Shown: positions 49,909 through 59,390 of the stretch, piece by piece
Position numbering within the stretch: position 1 is the first letter of the stretch
Layout of the letters: each line of letters starts with the position of its first letter
Assembly: GCA_049967475.1 (NCBI GenBank)
Contig: JBMFSQ010000009.1
Coordinates: 48,322-112,321 of the forward strand
Reading direction: 5' to 3'
Length of the DNA stretch: 64,000 nucleotides
Origin: Chthonomonadales bacterium
GTDB lineage: Bacteria; Armatimonadota; Chthonomonadetes; Chthonomonadales; CAJBBX01
Program-made: the position numbers and the translations under genes
The notes under the pieces: model-generated
What the model was told of the DNA's origin: nothing
What the model saw: the letters and a program-made list of their open reading frames with translations, nothing else
The model's database searches: none

Positions 49909-51078
49909 CTACGAACCCGCACCTTGGCCGATGCGTGCCATGAACTCCTCCAGAGCCGGGATCATCTTCTCTTGTTCCACCAGGAAGGCATCGTGGCCGT
50001 AGTCCGAGTCCATCTCCCAGTAGGTACAATCTACACCCGCTTCGAGGAAGCGCTTGTGCATCTCCTTCAGGTACTTCGGGTAGAAGAGGATGTCTGATCG
50101 GATCCCTATGAGAAGAACCTTGGCCTTCACGCGCCGGTATGCCGCGTTCAAAGAAGGATACCCGCGGGCGATGTCGTGGAGATCTATCGCGCGGGCCACA
50201 TAAAGGTACGAATTGGCATCGAAGCGGCGCACGAGCTTCTCTCCCTCTTCGTGAAGGTAGCGCTCCACATCGAAGCGTGCATAGAGATCGTGCTCCTGAG
50301 GTGATTGCAGATCCGCCGGTTTGCGGCCGAACATCTGTTGCATCACCGAATCCGAAAGGTATGTGATGGTTCCGATCATCCTGGCGAGCGCCAGTCCCGC
50401 CGCCGGAGGCTCCGAACCGTAGTACTCCCCCTTGCGCCAATTGGGATCCAGCATGATGGCACGCCGCATGCATTCATTGAATGCGATGACCTGGGCAGAC
50501 ACGCGGTCCACGGCGGCGATGGGGCAGACGGCCTCTACCATATCAGGGTAGGTTACAGCCCACTCCAGCGCCTGCATCCCTCCCATGGAACCCCCCGTTA
50601 CCAGCCGAAGCCGCCGAACTCCCAAATGCTCCATGAGGCGGCGCTGCACGCGCACCATATCGCGCACGGTGATGATAGGGAACGTGAGGCCGTAAGGTTC
50701 TCCGGTGAGAGGATTGATGCTGGATGGGCCGGTGCTGCCGCGGCATCCACCCAACGCATTGGGCGCAATGACGCAATAGCGCTCCGTGTCGAAAACCTTG
50801 CCCGGGCCGATCAGCGGATCCCAGTACCCGGCGTAGGGACTATCGGGCCGGTACCGCCCGGCCGCGTGCGAACTGCCCGTAAGCCCGTGCTCCACGAGGA
50901 TCACGTTGTCCCCTGTGGCGTTAAGCTCCCCGTACATCTCGTAGCAGGTGGTGACTTCGGGAAGCGTCTGCCGGTTCTCGAGCACGAAGGGTTCTTCCGG
51001 ACTCCCGAACGTGAAATAACGCTTCTCGACGATGCCTACCGAGCGCTCGTTGTCGGTAGAGAGGATCGCTTCGGCCAT
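49909..51078 (-). CDS. metX: Homoserine O-acetyltransferase
   Basis: HGLTGSSH; GGCRGSTGP; GGSMGGMQ; RFDANSY; YGHDAFL. Confidence 0.93.
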   Translation of the reverse strand: MAEAILSTDNERSVGIVEKRYFTFGSPEEPFVLENRQTLPEVTTCYEMYGELNATGDNVILVEHGLTGSSHAAGRYRPDSPYAGYWDPLIGPGKVFDTERYCVIAPNALGGCRGSTGPSSINPLTGEPYGLTFPIITVRDMVRVQRRLMEHLGVRRLRLVTGGSMGGMQALEWAVTYPDMVEAVCPIAAVDRVSAQVIAFNECMRRAIMLDPNWRKGEYYGSEPPAAGLALARMIGTITYLSDSVMQQMFGRKPADLQSPQEHDLYARFDVERYLHEEGEKLVRRFDANSYLYVARAIDLHDIARGYPSLNAAYRRVKAKVLLIGIRSDILFYPKYLKEMHKRFLEAGVDCTYWEMDSDYGHDAFLVEQEKMIPALEEFMARIGQGAGS

Positions 51079-51079
51079 C

Positions 51080-51346
51080 TTACAACGCCCACTCCTGGGC
51101 GCCATCCACGCCCAACGCACTGACCGTGATGCCCAAGGACTGTACCCATTCCAGGCCGCGCTGCAACGCCTCCCGATCCCCGGTCAGTTCCAGAAAAATG
51201 TAGCCGCCTGTGTGGATATCAATGTTGGCGCGCCGTATGTTGGGGATGAGGCCGTAGTCCGTCACCAAATGGTACAGCACGGGCTCCTTCACCCACTCCA
51301 GCGGATAGTTCAACTGTACGCGGATCGTTTCCCTGGTAGTCGTCAT
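51080..51346 (-). CDS. Stand-alone NIL domain protein
   Basis: EPVLY.L...Y.L.PNIRRA.I...G...LEL.G; RBS GGAGG. Confidence 0.85.
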   Translation of the reverse strand: MTTTRETIRVQLNYPLEWVKEPVLYHLVTDYGLIPNIRRANIDIHTGGYIFLELTGDREALQRGLEWVQSLGITVSALGVDGAQEWAL

Positions 51347-51417
51347 CGCAACACCTCCCGGCCTGATCGCTGGTGCATCCACCCAAGTGTTCGGAGGCCA
51401 AGACCTTGCACAGGGAT

Positions 51418-51426
51418 ATTGTAGCA
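51418..51426 (-). promoter_or_regulatory. Extended -10 promoter element for NIL-metX
   Basis: TGCTACAAT (TGn-TACAAT) about 70 bp upstream of the NIL ATG. Confidence 0.5.
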
Positions 51427-51582
51427 GGTTGCGCCTCCAGGAGCCTCGGCAATGCAGAGAAACCCAAAGAGTGTCGGCGCAATGGCGTTCCATGCCGCGC
51501 CGGGAAGGGCGATGCCCAGCGCCGGGTGTGGAATGCACGGCGGATTAGCAGAGGGTAGGAGGTACAGCCTAACCGCGGACGG

Positions 51583-51605
51583 CGGGGACCCGGGGCGGGT
51601 CCCCG
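51583..51605. terminator. GC-rich hairpin downstream of the PPIase gene (no U-tract)
   Basis: CGGGGACCC-GGGGC-GGGTCCCCG perfect 9-bp stem. Confidence 0.4.
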
Positions 51606-51681
51606 TCATCGCTTCGCGCAAAGTGCGCGCCAATGCTCGGGTTCCGCGGCACCGTCCGATTGCCGGAATTGCGCGGGACCG

Positions 51682-52608
51682 TTACCTCCCTCCCTGATCG
51701 AGGCGATCCGGGAAGAGAAGGTTCTCAACGGCGTCCTTAAGCGCCGGCTGCTCCGTTTCGATATTGGCCTGGTCCCAAAGCTTGCGAAGTTCGTCCTTAG
51801 CAGGCGTTGCGTGGGTTAGCTTGAAATCTCGGGCCACCTTGTCTTTCACCTCGTCGAACGTAACGTGCTTCCCGGGATCCTTGCGCTCTACCCGCACCAC
51901 GATCCACTGGCCTTGAGCCGGATGCTCGATGTCCACAGCACCAACAGGGAGGTTGGCAATCTTGGCCATCCAGGGCACCGGAAATTTGCCGTTGTAAGGG
52001 CGTTGAAACATCCACGTGCCGTCCACACCCTGAACCACAGCCTGCCCCGCGAGCTGCTGCCCCACCGTCTTCATGTCCTGCACTCTGGACATCAACAGCT
52101 TCGCACGCTCGGCGCCGGTCTGTGTCGCGCTCGCAACGACCTTGGTGTAGATGCGGACCGGCTTGTCCCAGCGGCCTGGGTTCTGCTCGAAGTACTGGCG
52201 CACTTGGTCGTCTGTGGCGGGAACATCCTTGATCGTGAGGTTGAGCAGGTCCATATCCCGCTCCCGGTCCTGCATCCAGTCGGCTTCTACCCAGGGCTTC
52301 AGGCGCCATTCCCGGGCAAGTTGAGGGTTCGTGTCACGCATCACGTCGTGCAGCTCCTGCAGTTCCTTCGGATCGGCCTTGCAGTGGGCCTTCTCTGCCG
52401 CCTGCGTCACGAGTTCATAGGCCACCATCCTGGCCGTGACCTCCGGACCGTAGTGCCGCTCGAGCCACGTGTAGTAATCGCCCTTGGTATAGGTCTTGTC
52501 GTTGATGCGAACATGCATCCGGCGGCTTAGGGTCTTGTTCACCAAGATCCAATTCGCAAGGAGCGACAGGGCAAGCAATGCCACTATGCCCGCTCGAAGA
52601 TACCGCAT
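51682..52608 (-). CDS. PrsA/SurA-like peptidyl-prolyl isomerase/foldase
   Basis: N-terminal anchor; TDDQVRQYFEQN; degenerate parvulin region; TFDEVKDKV. Confidence 0.7.
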   Translation of the reverse strand: MRYLRAGIVALLALSLLANWILVNKTLSRRMHVRINDKTYTKGDYYTWLERHYGPEVTARMVAYELVTQAAEKAHCKADPKELQELHDVMRDTNPQLAREWRLKPWVEADWMQDRERDMDLLNLTIKDVPATDDQVRQYFEQNPGRWDKPVRIYTKVVASATQTGAERAKLLMSRVQDMKTVGQQLAGQAVVQGVDGTWMFQRPYNGKFPVPWMAKIANLPVGAVDIEHPAQGQWIVVRVERKDPGKHVTFDEVKDKVARDFKLTHATPAKDELRKLWDQANIETEQPALKDAVENLLFPDRLDQGGR

Positions 52609-52895
52609 GACATACTCCTCCTCGCCACCGCGCCCGGGCGGTGGAACACCTGTTCTTTGACGATGGGCACTACCCTGTACCACGCATCGCCTTACGATGA
52701 CGCACGATTATACCCCGTGCGCAAGAATGGACACGAATGCACGCAACGGCATGCAGCGGCAGGATCATTCTGCGTGGTTGCCTGCACCACGTCCTAATTC
52801 TCGGCACAGCCGGCAGGAAGATATAGAACGAGTGCCGAAGCATGCGATAGGACGCGTGCAAAGGCGCGGAGTCTATCTCGTATAGAGGTACGTTC

Positions 52896-53945
52896 ATGGA
52901 ACAGGTTGGCGTTGCCGTTCATGGCGCCGGCTGGGTTGCAGGCGAGCACATCAAGAGTTACCTCAAACATCCGAGGGCACGCCTCGTGGCCATAAGCAGC
53001 CGCACACGCGAGAGCGCTTTGGCGCGGGCAAACGAAGCGGGGATCCCCAATGTGCGCATCTACACGGACTTTGAAGAACTCCTGCGCGACCCCGAGGTTC
53101 AAGCCGTGTCGCTCTGTACTCCTCCTAACCTGCATGCCCAGGAGACCATCGCCGCAGCGCGTGCCGGGAAGCACATCCTAATCGAGAAGGCGGTAGCGAA
53201 CAACCTGCAAGATCTACGCGCTATGGACGCGGCCGTTCGTGCGGCAGGTGTGCGTACCGTCGTGAGCTTCGTGCTCCATTGGAACCCGGAGTTCATGCTC
53301 ATCAAGCGCATGCTCGCCGCAGACGCCATCGGCCCCATCTTTTACGCCGAGGTGGATTATTGGCATCACATCGGGCCGCAGTACAAACAGTACGCATGGA
53401 ACATCAAGAAGGACGTTGCCGGCAGCGCCCTCCTTTCCGCAGGCTGCCATGCGGTGGATGCCATCCGGTACTTCACCCAAGATGAGGTTACCGAAGTATG
53501 CGCCTACAGCAACCGGCGCAACCAGGAATACGAATACGACACGAACCTCGTGGGCATCCTGCGCTTCGCACAAGGCGCCATCGGCAAAATAAGCGTGTCC
53601 TTCGACGTTCAGTGCCCCTACGCCTTCAACATAGATATTCTGGGTGAGAAGGGAACCATCCGCGATAACCGCATCTATGCCAAGGACTTCTTCAGCGGGC
53701 AAACGGATTGGGTCGCAGTGCCCACAATCCGGCCCGACTCAGGCGATGTAACGCACCACCCGTTCGACGGAGAGATCGCCCACTTCTTGGATTGCATCCT
53801 TACGGGAACGGAATCCCACGTCAACCTGGCAGATGCGGTAAAGACGCACGAGGTATGTTTGGCACTGGATCATTCCGCTGCTTGCAGCAGGCCCGTCCGC
53901 CTTCAGGATCTAGATAGGGAACTTCTTCCAGGAGCCGAGCCATGA
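52896..53945 (+). CDS. Gfo/Idh/MocA oxidoreductase
   Basis: GAGWVA..H; CTPPNLH; GKHILIEK; AGCHAVD. Confidence 0.9.
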   Translation: MEQVGVAVHGAGWVAGEHIKSYLKHPRARLVAISSRTRESALARANEAGIPNVRIYTDFEELLRDPEVQAVSLCTPPNLHAQETIAAARAGKHILIEKAVANNLQDLRAMDAAVRAAGVRTVVSFVLHWNPEFMLIKRMLAADAIGPIFYAEVDYWHHIGPQYKQYAWNIKKDVAGSALLSAGCHAVDAIRYFTQDEVTEVCAYSNRRNQEYEYDTNLVGILRFAQGAIGKISVSFDVQCPYAFNIDILGEKGTIRDNRIYAKDFFSGQTDWVAVPTIRPDSGDVTHHPFDGEIAHFLDCILTGTESHVNLADAVKTHEVCLALDHSAACSRPVRLQDLDRELLPGAEP

Positions 53946-54859
53946 GTTTCCGATACGACCTCGCCCGCTTTATCCCCTTCCGCGATGCCGAAGCGTGCGC
54001 CCGCGTTCGCGCGATTACCCGCGACGAAATCACGCGCCATCCAAACCCGCAATTCCGCATCCGCGTGATGGAGGATCGTGCCCAGTTCTACTTCGAGTTC
54101 GCTCTGGATATCGTTACGCGCATCCGTGAAGCGCTGGATGCCGACCGCCCCTTCGTGGCCATCTTTCCCGTGGGGCCCATGCCACAGTATGAATTCGCCG
54201 CCAAGTTGATCAACGCCCAAAGGCTGCCTTTGAAGCACGTCCACTCGTTCAATATGGATGAATACGCGGACCAGGACGGCAACACAGCGCCCATAGACTG
54301 GCCGGGGTCGTTCCAAAGAGCCATGTGGGAGAATTTCTTCGGAAAGATCAACCCCGAACTGCGGCCGCCGGAAAGCCAGATCCACTTTCCTACGCGCGAA
54401 GCGCTGGCGGACTATGCCCGGCGCATCGAAGATCTGGGCGGCGCCGACGTCTGTTACGGAGGCATCGGCTGGTGCGGGCATATTGCATTCTGGGAAGCAC
54501 ACCTGGGCGATGAGTTCGGAAACGACCTCCAGGCTTACGCGGCCGCCGGCCCCCGCTGCGTAGAACTTCATCCGATGACAATCATGCAGAATGCGCTTCA
54601 CTCCTTCGGCGGCGATTGGAGCTGGGTGCCTCCCAAAGCGAATACCATCGGCCCGGCCCAAATCCTGGGAGCGCGCCACCGCTCATTCTGGCTGGACGGG
54701 GACCTGGGAGGCGGGGTGTCCTGGCAACGCTTCATTGCGCGCCTCGTGGCTCATGGCCCGGTGAATACGTACGTCCCCGGCTCGATACTCCAAACGGCTC
54801 CCACCGATTACACCCTGCTGGGCGCGGTTGCAGATAATGTGGAGATCCATATGAGCTGA
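53942..54859 (+). CDS. NagB/glucosamine-6-phosphate isomerase-like protein
   Basis: PVGP..QY; FNMDEY; GGAD..YGGIGW.GHIAFWE. Confidence 0.8.
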   Translation: MSFRYDLARFIPFRDAEACARVRAITRDEITRHPNPQFRIRVMEDRAQFYFEFALDIVTRIREALDADRPFVAIFPVGPMPQYEFAAKLINAQRLPLKHVHSFNMDEYADQDGNTAPIDWPGSFQRAMWENFFGKINPELRPPESQIHFPTREALADYARRIEDLGGADVCYGGIGWCGHIAFWEAHLGDEFGNDLQAYAAAGPRCVELHPMTIMQNALHSFGGDWSWVPPKANTIGPAQILGARHRSFWLDGDLGGGVSWQRFIARLVAHGPVNTYVPGSILQTAPTDYTLLGAVADNVEIHMS

Positions 54860-54895
54860 ATTCGTTCGCGCCGATCCCAAGCGCATCTCAGTTCC

Positions 54896-56950
54896 ATGCG
54901 CATCCTTTCCATAGCCATCCTTACGGCCGTAGTGTTGCTGCCGGCCCTCCCCACGGCGGCGCAGCCTGCATTCCACGGTAGGCATTACGACGGCCGTGGC
55001 GACATCCGCTACCTGCAGTTGCTGGAACTTGCACGCCGCATGTTTCAGCCCGATGCCGAGTACCAGAACCTTTCCATGCTCTACACACCGGCATGGAACG
55101 GCTTTGTAGAAGGCCCTACGTGGAATGCATGGTGGATACAGAACTCCTACGGCACCACCTATTGCATCCTCCCGTTCCTTCAGGAGCCGTGGATTACCTT
55201 CCTGCAGAACTCTCAGGATCTTTGGTTTGACCAGATGGGAGACGGCAAACGCGTAGGCGCTCCGGCGCCCATGGACTGGGTGGCTCCGGACGGATGCCTC
55301 TGTGACGCAGCCAGACCAGGGTGGATCGTGTACAAACAGGGTGACGGGAGGATCCAGATACACGACTGGGCAATGGAATTCACGGCTGCCGGGCTCCTCC
55401 TACAGTGCGAACTGCTCCTTATCTCGCGCGATCAGGCCGCAATCGCCCATTACCTGCCCAAACTGGAGCGCTGCGCGGCATTCCTCCAATCGCGCCGCGA
55501 CCCAAAAACCAACCTTTATTTGGCCGGGCCCGCGGCCAATCTCCTTGCACCCAGCTACGCAGGTTGGAAACGCCCCGACGGCACCTATGGGATGGCGTAC
55601 CTCACCGGCCTTTCGGTAACCACCATCGCCGCGTTGGACCGGCTTATCGAGTTGGAGCGCCTCGCCGGGCGTCCGGCGCAAGGTAGAACGTACGCTCTGT
55701 GGAGATCCGAGGCGCGTAAGGGTTTGACGCACCTCTTTACACCCGACGGGTACCTCATCAGGTCCCTGGATCCAGACGGCACGCGCCACGGCGTATATGG
55801 CGCTCCCATCCACGGATACTTTGAAGCGCCGCCCAACCATGACGCCATAGCATTCCGTGTAGTGAACGATACCGCAGCCCGCCGCATCTTCGCCAGGATC
55901 GCCTCGATCCCGCAGATCCGACCGCATACGTTTATCCTCCCGAACTACCCCTCGTACGACGACATGTACGAAAAGCCCGAAGGGCTGTGGGCCTACGGAA
56001 CATGGGTCAACGGCGGTCACTGGTCTACGTGCGAAGCTCGGATGATCTTGGCATACTACCGCCTTGGCCGGTATGGGGATGCGCAACGCTCCATGGAAGC
56101 ACTTCTGGCCTTCGCACGGCGCTTCCGGATGGATAACCCCCTTACCAAATGCGGCAGTGATGTCTACCAGCCGCAGGAACCGATCAACCTGTGCTATGAC
56201 GCCTTCGGACCGCCTGCCGCCTTCCTGCGAGGGCTGTTCGAGTACCTTTACAAGAGCGACCGCCTCATCCTCATTCCGCACATCCCGCCAAGCATCACCT
56301 ACCTAAACCAGAAGGACCCGGTACGTTTTGGGACCAAGCGTATCTACTTGAGCGTTCAGGGACGCGGCGCCGTCACACGCGTACGGGTCAACGGCAAAGA
56401 TCGGCCATGGCACACACGCAGTACCGTGTCCCTGCCCTACGACCTGTTGCCCGCTGAGGCCCATGTGCAGATCCGGCTTGGCGGCCCATCCCAGCCGGCA
56501 CGGGCATCAAACCCCGGGCCGACCCATGGAGTGTCCGCGCTGTTTGCCGGGCGCCCGCCCCACCCGCCAACAGGAGCCCGAGCACCCATTCCGGAAAAAC
56601 CGGGAGCCCAAGAAGGGGTTCCGCCGGCGATCCTGGTAGAGGTGCGCCGCGCGGCCCGGTTCCGAGCTTTGCTGAACCGACGGGGTATGGCTTCCAGCTA
56701 TGAAGCAGCCCACGCCCGCCTTGTGGAAGAGGCTCTCGAGGCTCTTCGCGCGCGACGCCAAAAAGAAAAGGCAGGCACGCTTCCGGCGCTGCCCGAGCCT
56801 GCCCGGAGCGCTGCCGACGCATCATATCTAACCACAGTACAACGCCTCGCCCAAGGGCTTGCGGAGCTAATGGCGAGATATGCGTCCTCCCGTGATGCCC
56901 ATCAACGCGCCCTAGCAGCTCTATGGGCCGAGACGGCGCCCAACCCATGA
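54896..56950 (+). CDS. Secreted six-hairpin (alpha/alpha)6 glycosidase-like protein
   Basis: Signal peptide; DWAME; WVNGGHW; helical content; C-terminal beta domain VRVNGK. Confidence 0.6.
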   Translation: MRILSIAILTAVVLLPALPTAAQPAFHGRHYDGRGDIRYLQLLELARRMFQPDAEYQNLSMLYTPAWNGFVEGPTWNAWWIQNSYGTTYCILPFLQEPWITFLQNSQDLWFDQMGDGKRVGAPAPMDWVAPDGCLCDAARPGWIVYKQGDGRIQIHDWAMEFTAAGLLLQCELLLISRDQAAIAHYLPKLERCAAFLQSRRDPKTNLYLAGPAANLLAPSYAGWKRPDGTYGMAYLTGLSVTTIAALDRLIELERLAGRPAQGRTYALWRSEARKGLTHLFTPDGYLIRSLDPDGTRHGVYGAPIHGYFEAPPNHDAIAFRVVNDTAARRIFARIASIPQIRPHTFILPNYPSYDDMYEKPEGLWAYGTWVNGGHWSTCEARMILAYYRLGRYGDAQRSMEALLAFARRFRMDNPLTKCGSDVYQPQEPINLCYDAFGPPAAFLRGLFEYLYKSDRLILIPHIPPSITYLNQKDPVRFGTKRIYLSVQGRGAVTRVRVNGKDRPWHTRSTVSLPYDLLPAEAHVQIRLGGPSQPARASNPGPTHGVSALFAGRPPHPPTGARAPIPEKPGAQEGVPPAILVEVRRAARFRALLNRRGMASSYEAAHARLVEEALEALRARRQKEKAGTLPALPEPARSAADASYLTTVQRLAQGLAELMARYASSRDAHQRALAALWAETAPNP

Positions 56951-57037
56951 GCCGCCGGCTCGCGGCGCCTATGCCCGAAGGGGCGAGGAACTCCCTTCAC
57001 GGGGAAGATCCCCAATAGAAAGCGACGGGAAATCCGC

Positions 57038-58030
57038 TTATGCTTCTACTTGCACCGGTTCCCCGCCCAGGCCGGCGGACTTCCAGGCCGCTTCAGTGAG
57101 TTCGATCACGCGGAGACCGCAGGTGAAGGGCGATTGCACCGTGTCCCTCCCGCGGATAGCGTCCACGAAGTTCTTGTCCGGAAGAGAGCCTCCCGGCATC
57201 GTTTCAAACGTATACCGATTGCCCTTGCCGTCGCTCATGGCCAACTTCCCGTTGCGCATGAAGAACACGCCGTTCTCGCACCATATGGTAAGGTCTTCGT
57301 GCCAAGTGGGCGCGTCTCCCACCACGGAAATGTTGGCTTGGGCGCCTCCCCGAAACACTACGGAGATCGCCGAATTGATGTCCACGGGTGTTCCGCAGTT
57401 ATCTATGAATGCGCTCACCTTCTCGACCCCTAACCCGGTGGTCCAGAGGATGATATCCAACAAGTGGCTCCCTGAGTCGTTGAGTTGGCCGCCTCCGCTC
57501 AAAGCGGGATCCTGCCTCCAAGACCCAGCCGTGCCCTTCTTCCACTGCTGGCATTGAAGCGCATTCACGAACGTAACCGCTCCCAGCTCTCCCGAGGCCA
57601 TGCGGTCCCGCATATAGCGGAACTCGGGTTGGTAGTGCCTCTGGTACGACAACAGACCCACCTTACCGCTTTGTTCGAGCTTGGCGACAACCTGCTTCGC
57701 ATGGTCCACGGTGCATACTAGGGGCTTCTCACACAGAACATGGAGGCCGCGATCCAGCGACGTCATGATCTGTTCAAAGTGCGTTGTGTGAGGAGTGCTG
57801 ATCTCCACGGCGTCCATCGGCACCTGGGCCAGCATGTCGCGGAAGTCTGCGAAAACGGGCACTGCCGCCAATTCAGGGTACTGCTTCTTTGCCCGTTCCA
57901 GCATGGCGGGATTGGGATCGCACAAGGCCACGATTTCCACCTCGTCCAGCTTGAGCACGTTGCCCATATGCCAGCGGGCATTTCCCCCGGCTCCAATGAA
58001 CCCGAGGCGTATCTTGTCTGAATTCTGCAC
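57038..58030 (-). CDS. Gfo/Idh/MocA oxidoreductase
   Basis: GFIGAGG; STPH..H; LCEKP; GGGQLNDSGSH. Confidence 0.92.
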   Translation of the reverse strand: MQNSDKIRLGFIGAGGNARWHMGNVLKLDEVEIVALCDPNPAMLERAKKQYPELAAVPVFADFRDMLAQVPMDAVEISTPHTTHFEQIMTSLDRGLHVLCEKPLVCTVDHAKQVVAKLEQSGKVGLLSYQRHYQPEFRYMRDRMASGELGAVTFVNALQCQQWKKGTAGSWRQDPALSGGGQLNDSGSHLLDIILWTTGLGVEKVSAFIDNCGTPVDINSAISVVFRGGAQANISVVGDAPTWHEDLTIWCENGVFFMRNGKLAMSDGKGNRYTFETMPGGSLPDKNFVDAIRGRDTVQSPFTCGLRVIELTEAAWKSAGLGGEPVQVEA

Positions 58031-58259
58031 GGTTCTCCTCCTCTAGGGATAATCGGCTGGGTCCGTCCCCAGTCAGGTTCCTCTTGTACTCCCCGTATCC
58101 CTTCTCAGCCTCGATCCTCGCAGACACAAGCTGCCGCCACGGGCCCGCGCTCGCCGGAGGGAACGCATCCCTATTGGCCGTGAGGGATAGTAAGCGTCGG
58201 GCCGGGCATCGAGATATGCCGGATGTGCGCACCCGGCCGGCTGATGGGAAGCGCCTGAC

Positions 58260-59108
58260 CTACGCCGAGGAGCGCGGCCCGTACGACGACCGAACCAATT
58301 TGTAGATGCCCGCCACGTCCTTCAGAAGTTGGGGAAGCCGGTTTAGGGGAAACATCGTAGCCGGGTCCGAGAGACCATGCTCGGGGTCGGGATGCACTTC
58401 CATGAACAAAGCGTCAATTCCTACTGCAGCGCCTGCACGCGCCAAGTACGGTATGAACTCGCGCTTTCCTCCGGACTGCCGCCCTGCCGCGCCTGGCTGT
58501 TGAACGCTGTGTGTGGCATCGAGGCAGACCGGCCATCCCAAGGAGCGCATCAGGGGCAGGGAGCACATATCTACGATCAGCGTGTTATATCCAAAGGACA
58601 CGCCGCGCTCTGTCAGCAAGATCTGGTCATTTCCCTCGGCGGTGATCTTGGCGGCAACGTTGGCCATATCCCACGGTGCGAGGAACTGGCCCTTTTTCAC
58701 ATTCACCGGCTTGCCGCTTCGGGCCGCCGCCACAAGAAGATCCGTCTGGCGGCAAAGAAATGCCGGGATCTGCAGTATATCCACCACCTGGGCGACGGGT
58801 TTGGCCTGCCACGGTTCGTGGATATCCGTGAGCACGGGCACGGCATATTCGCTTCTGATGGCCGCCAACACCTCTAAGCCGGCATCGAGGCCGGGACCGC
58901 GGAAGGCGTCGAACGCGGTTCGGTTGGCTTTATCGAAGGATGCCTTGAAGATGAAACCGAGGCCGGCCTCGACGCAGGCTGCCTTCGCAAAGGCGGCAAC
59001 CTCTCGGCACAGATCCAGGCTCTCGATGACACAGGGACCGGCAATCAAAACCAATTGATCGGCATCGGGGCCTATGGAGATGCCCGCCACATGGATCGTC
59101 CGCGTCAA
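58260..59108 (-). CDS. kdsA: 3-deoxy-8-phosphooctulonate (KDO8P) synthase
   Basis: IAGPCVIE; KASFDKANRT; QIPAFLCRQTD; KKGQF; ERG.SFGY; DATHSVQ.PG. Confidence 0.96.
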   Translation of the reverse strand: MTRTIHVAGISIGPDADQLVLIAGPCVIESLDLCREVAAFAKAACVEAGLGFIFKASFDKANRTAFDAFRGPGLDAGLEVLAAIRSEYAVPVLTDIHEPWQAKPVAQVVDILQIPAFLCRQTDLLVAAARSGKPVNVKKGQFLAPWDMANVAAKITAEGNDQILLTERGVSFGYNTLIVDMCSLPLMRSLGWPVCLDATHSVQQPGAAGRQSGGKREFIPYLARAGAAVGIDALFMEVHPDPEHGLSDPATMFPLNRLPQLLKDVAGIYKLVRSSYGPRSSA

Positions 59109-59390
59109 AAAAGGCCTCCTCTAACAGCACACTGCCGCCGCCATTGGTCCGCGCGGGGGGAGATGCGGATCATGGGTCTGCAGACTATCTTACCCTGCGA
59201 AGCTTGAGGGTGAGCGTGAGGTATACTCTTCGCTGGCAGACCTCGTGCGTTCGATTGCACCATCGAGCCCAAGCCTAAAGACGACAACGGCGCACGATGC
59301 CATTTCCCACATAACGGAACGCCGCGCTCGAAGGAACATCATCCGCAGCCGCGAAGCGCGGTAGATGCGAAGCCGGTCAACGGATGCAGT

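Noticed and set aside
59109..59390. T-box leader upstream of metG
   Set aside because: No GGTGGxACCGCG T-box sequence or terminator/antiterminator found
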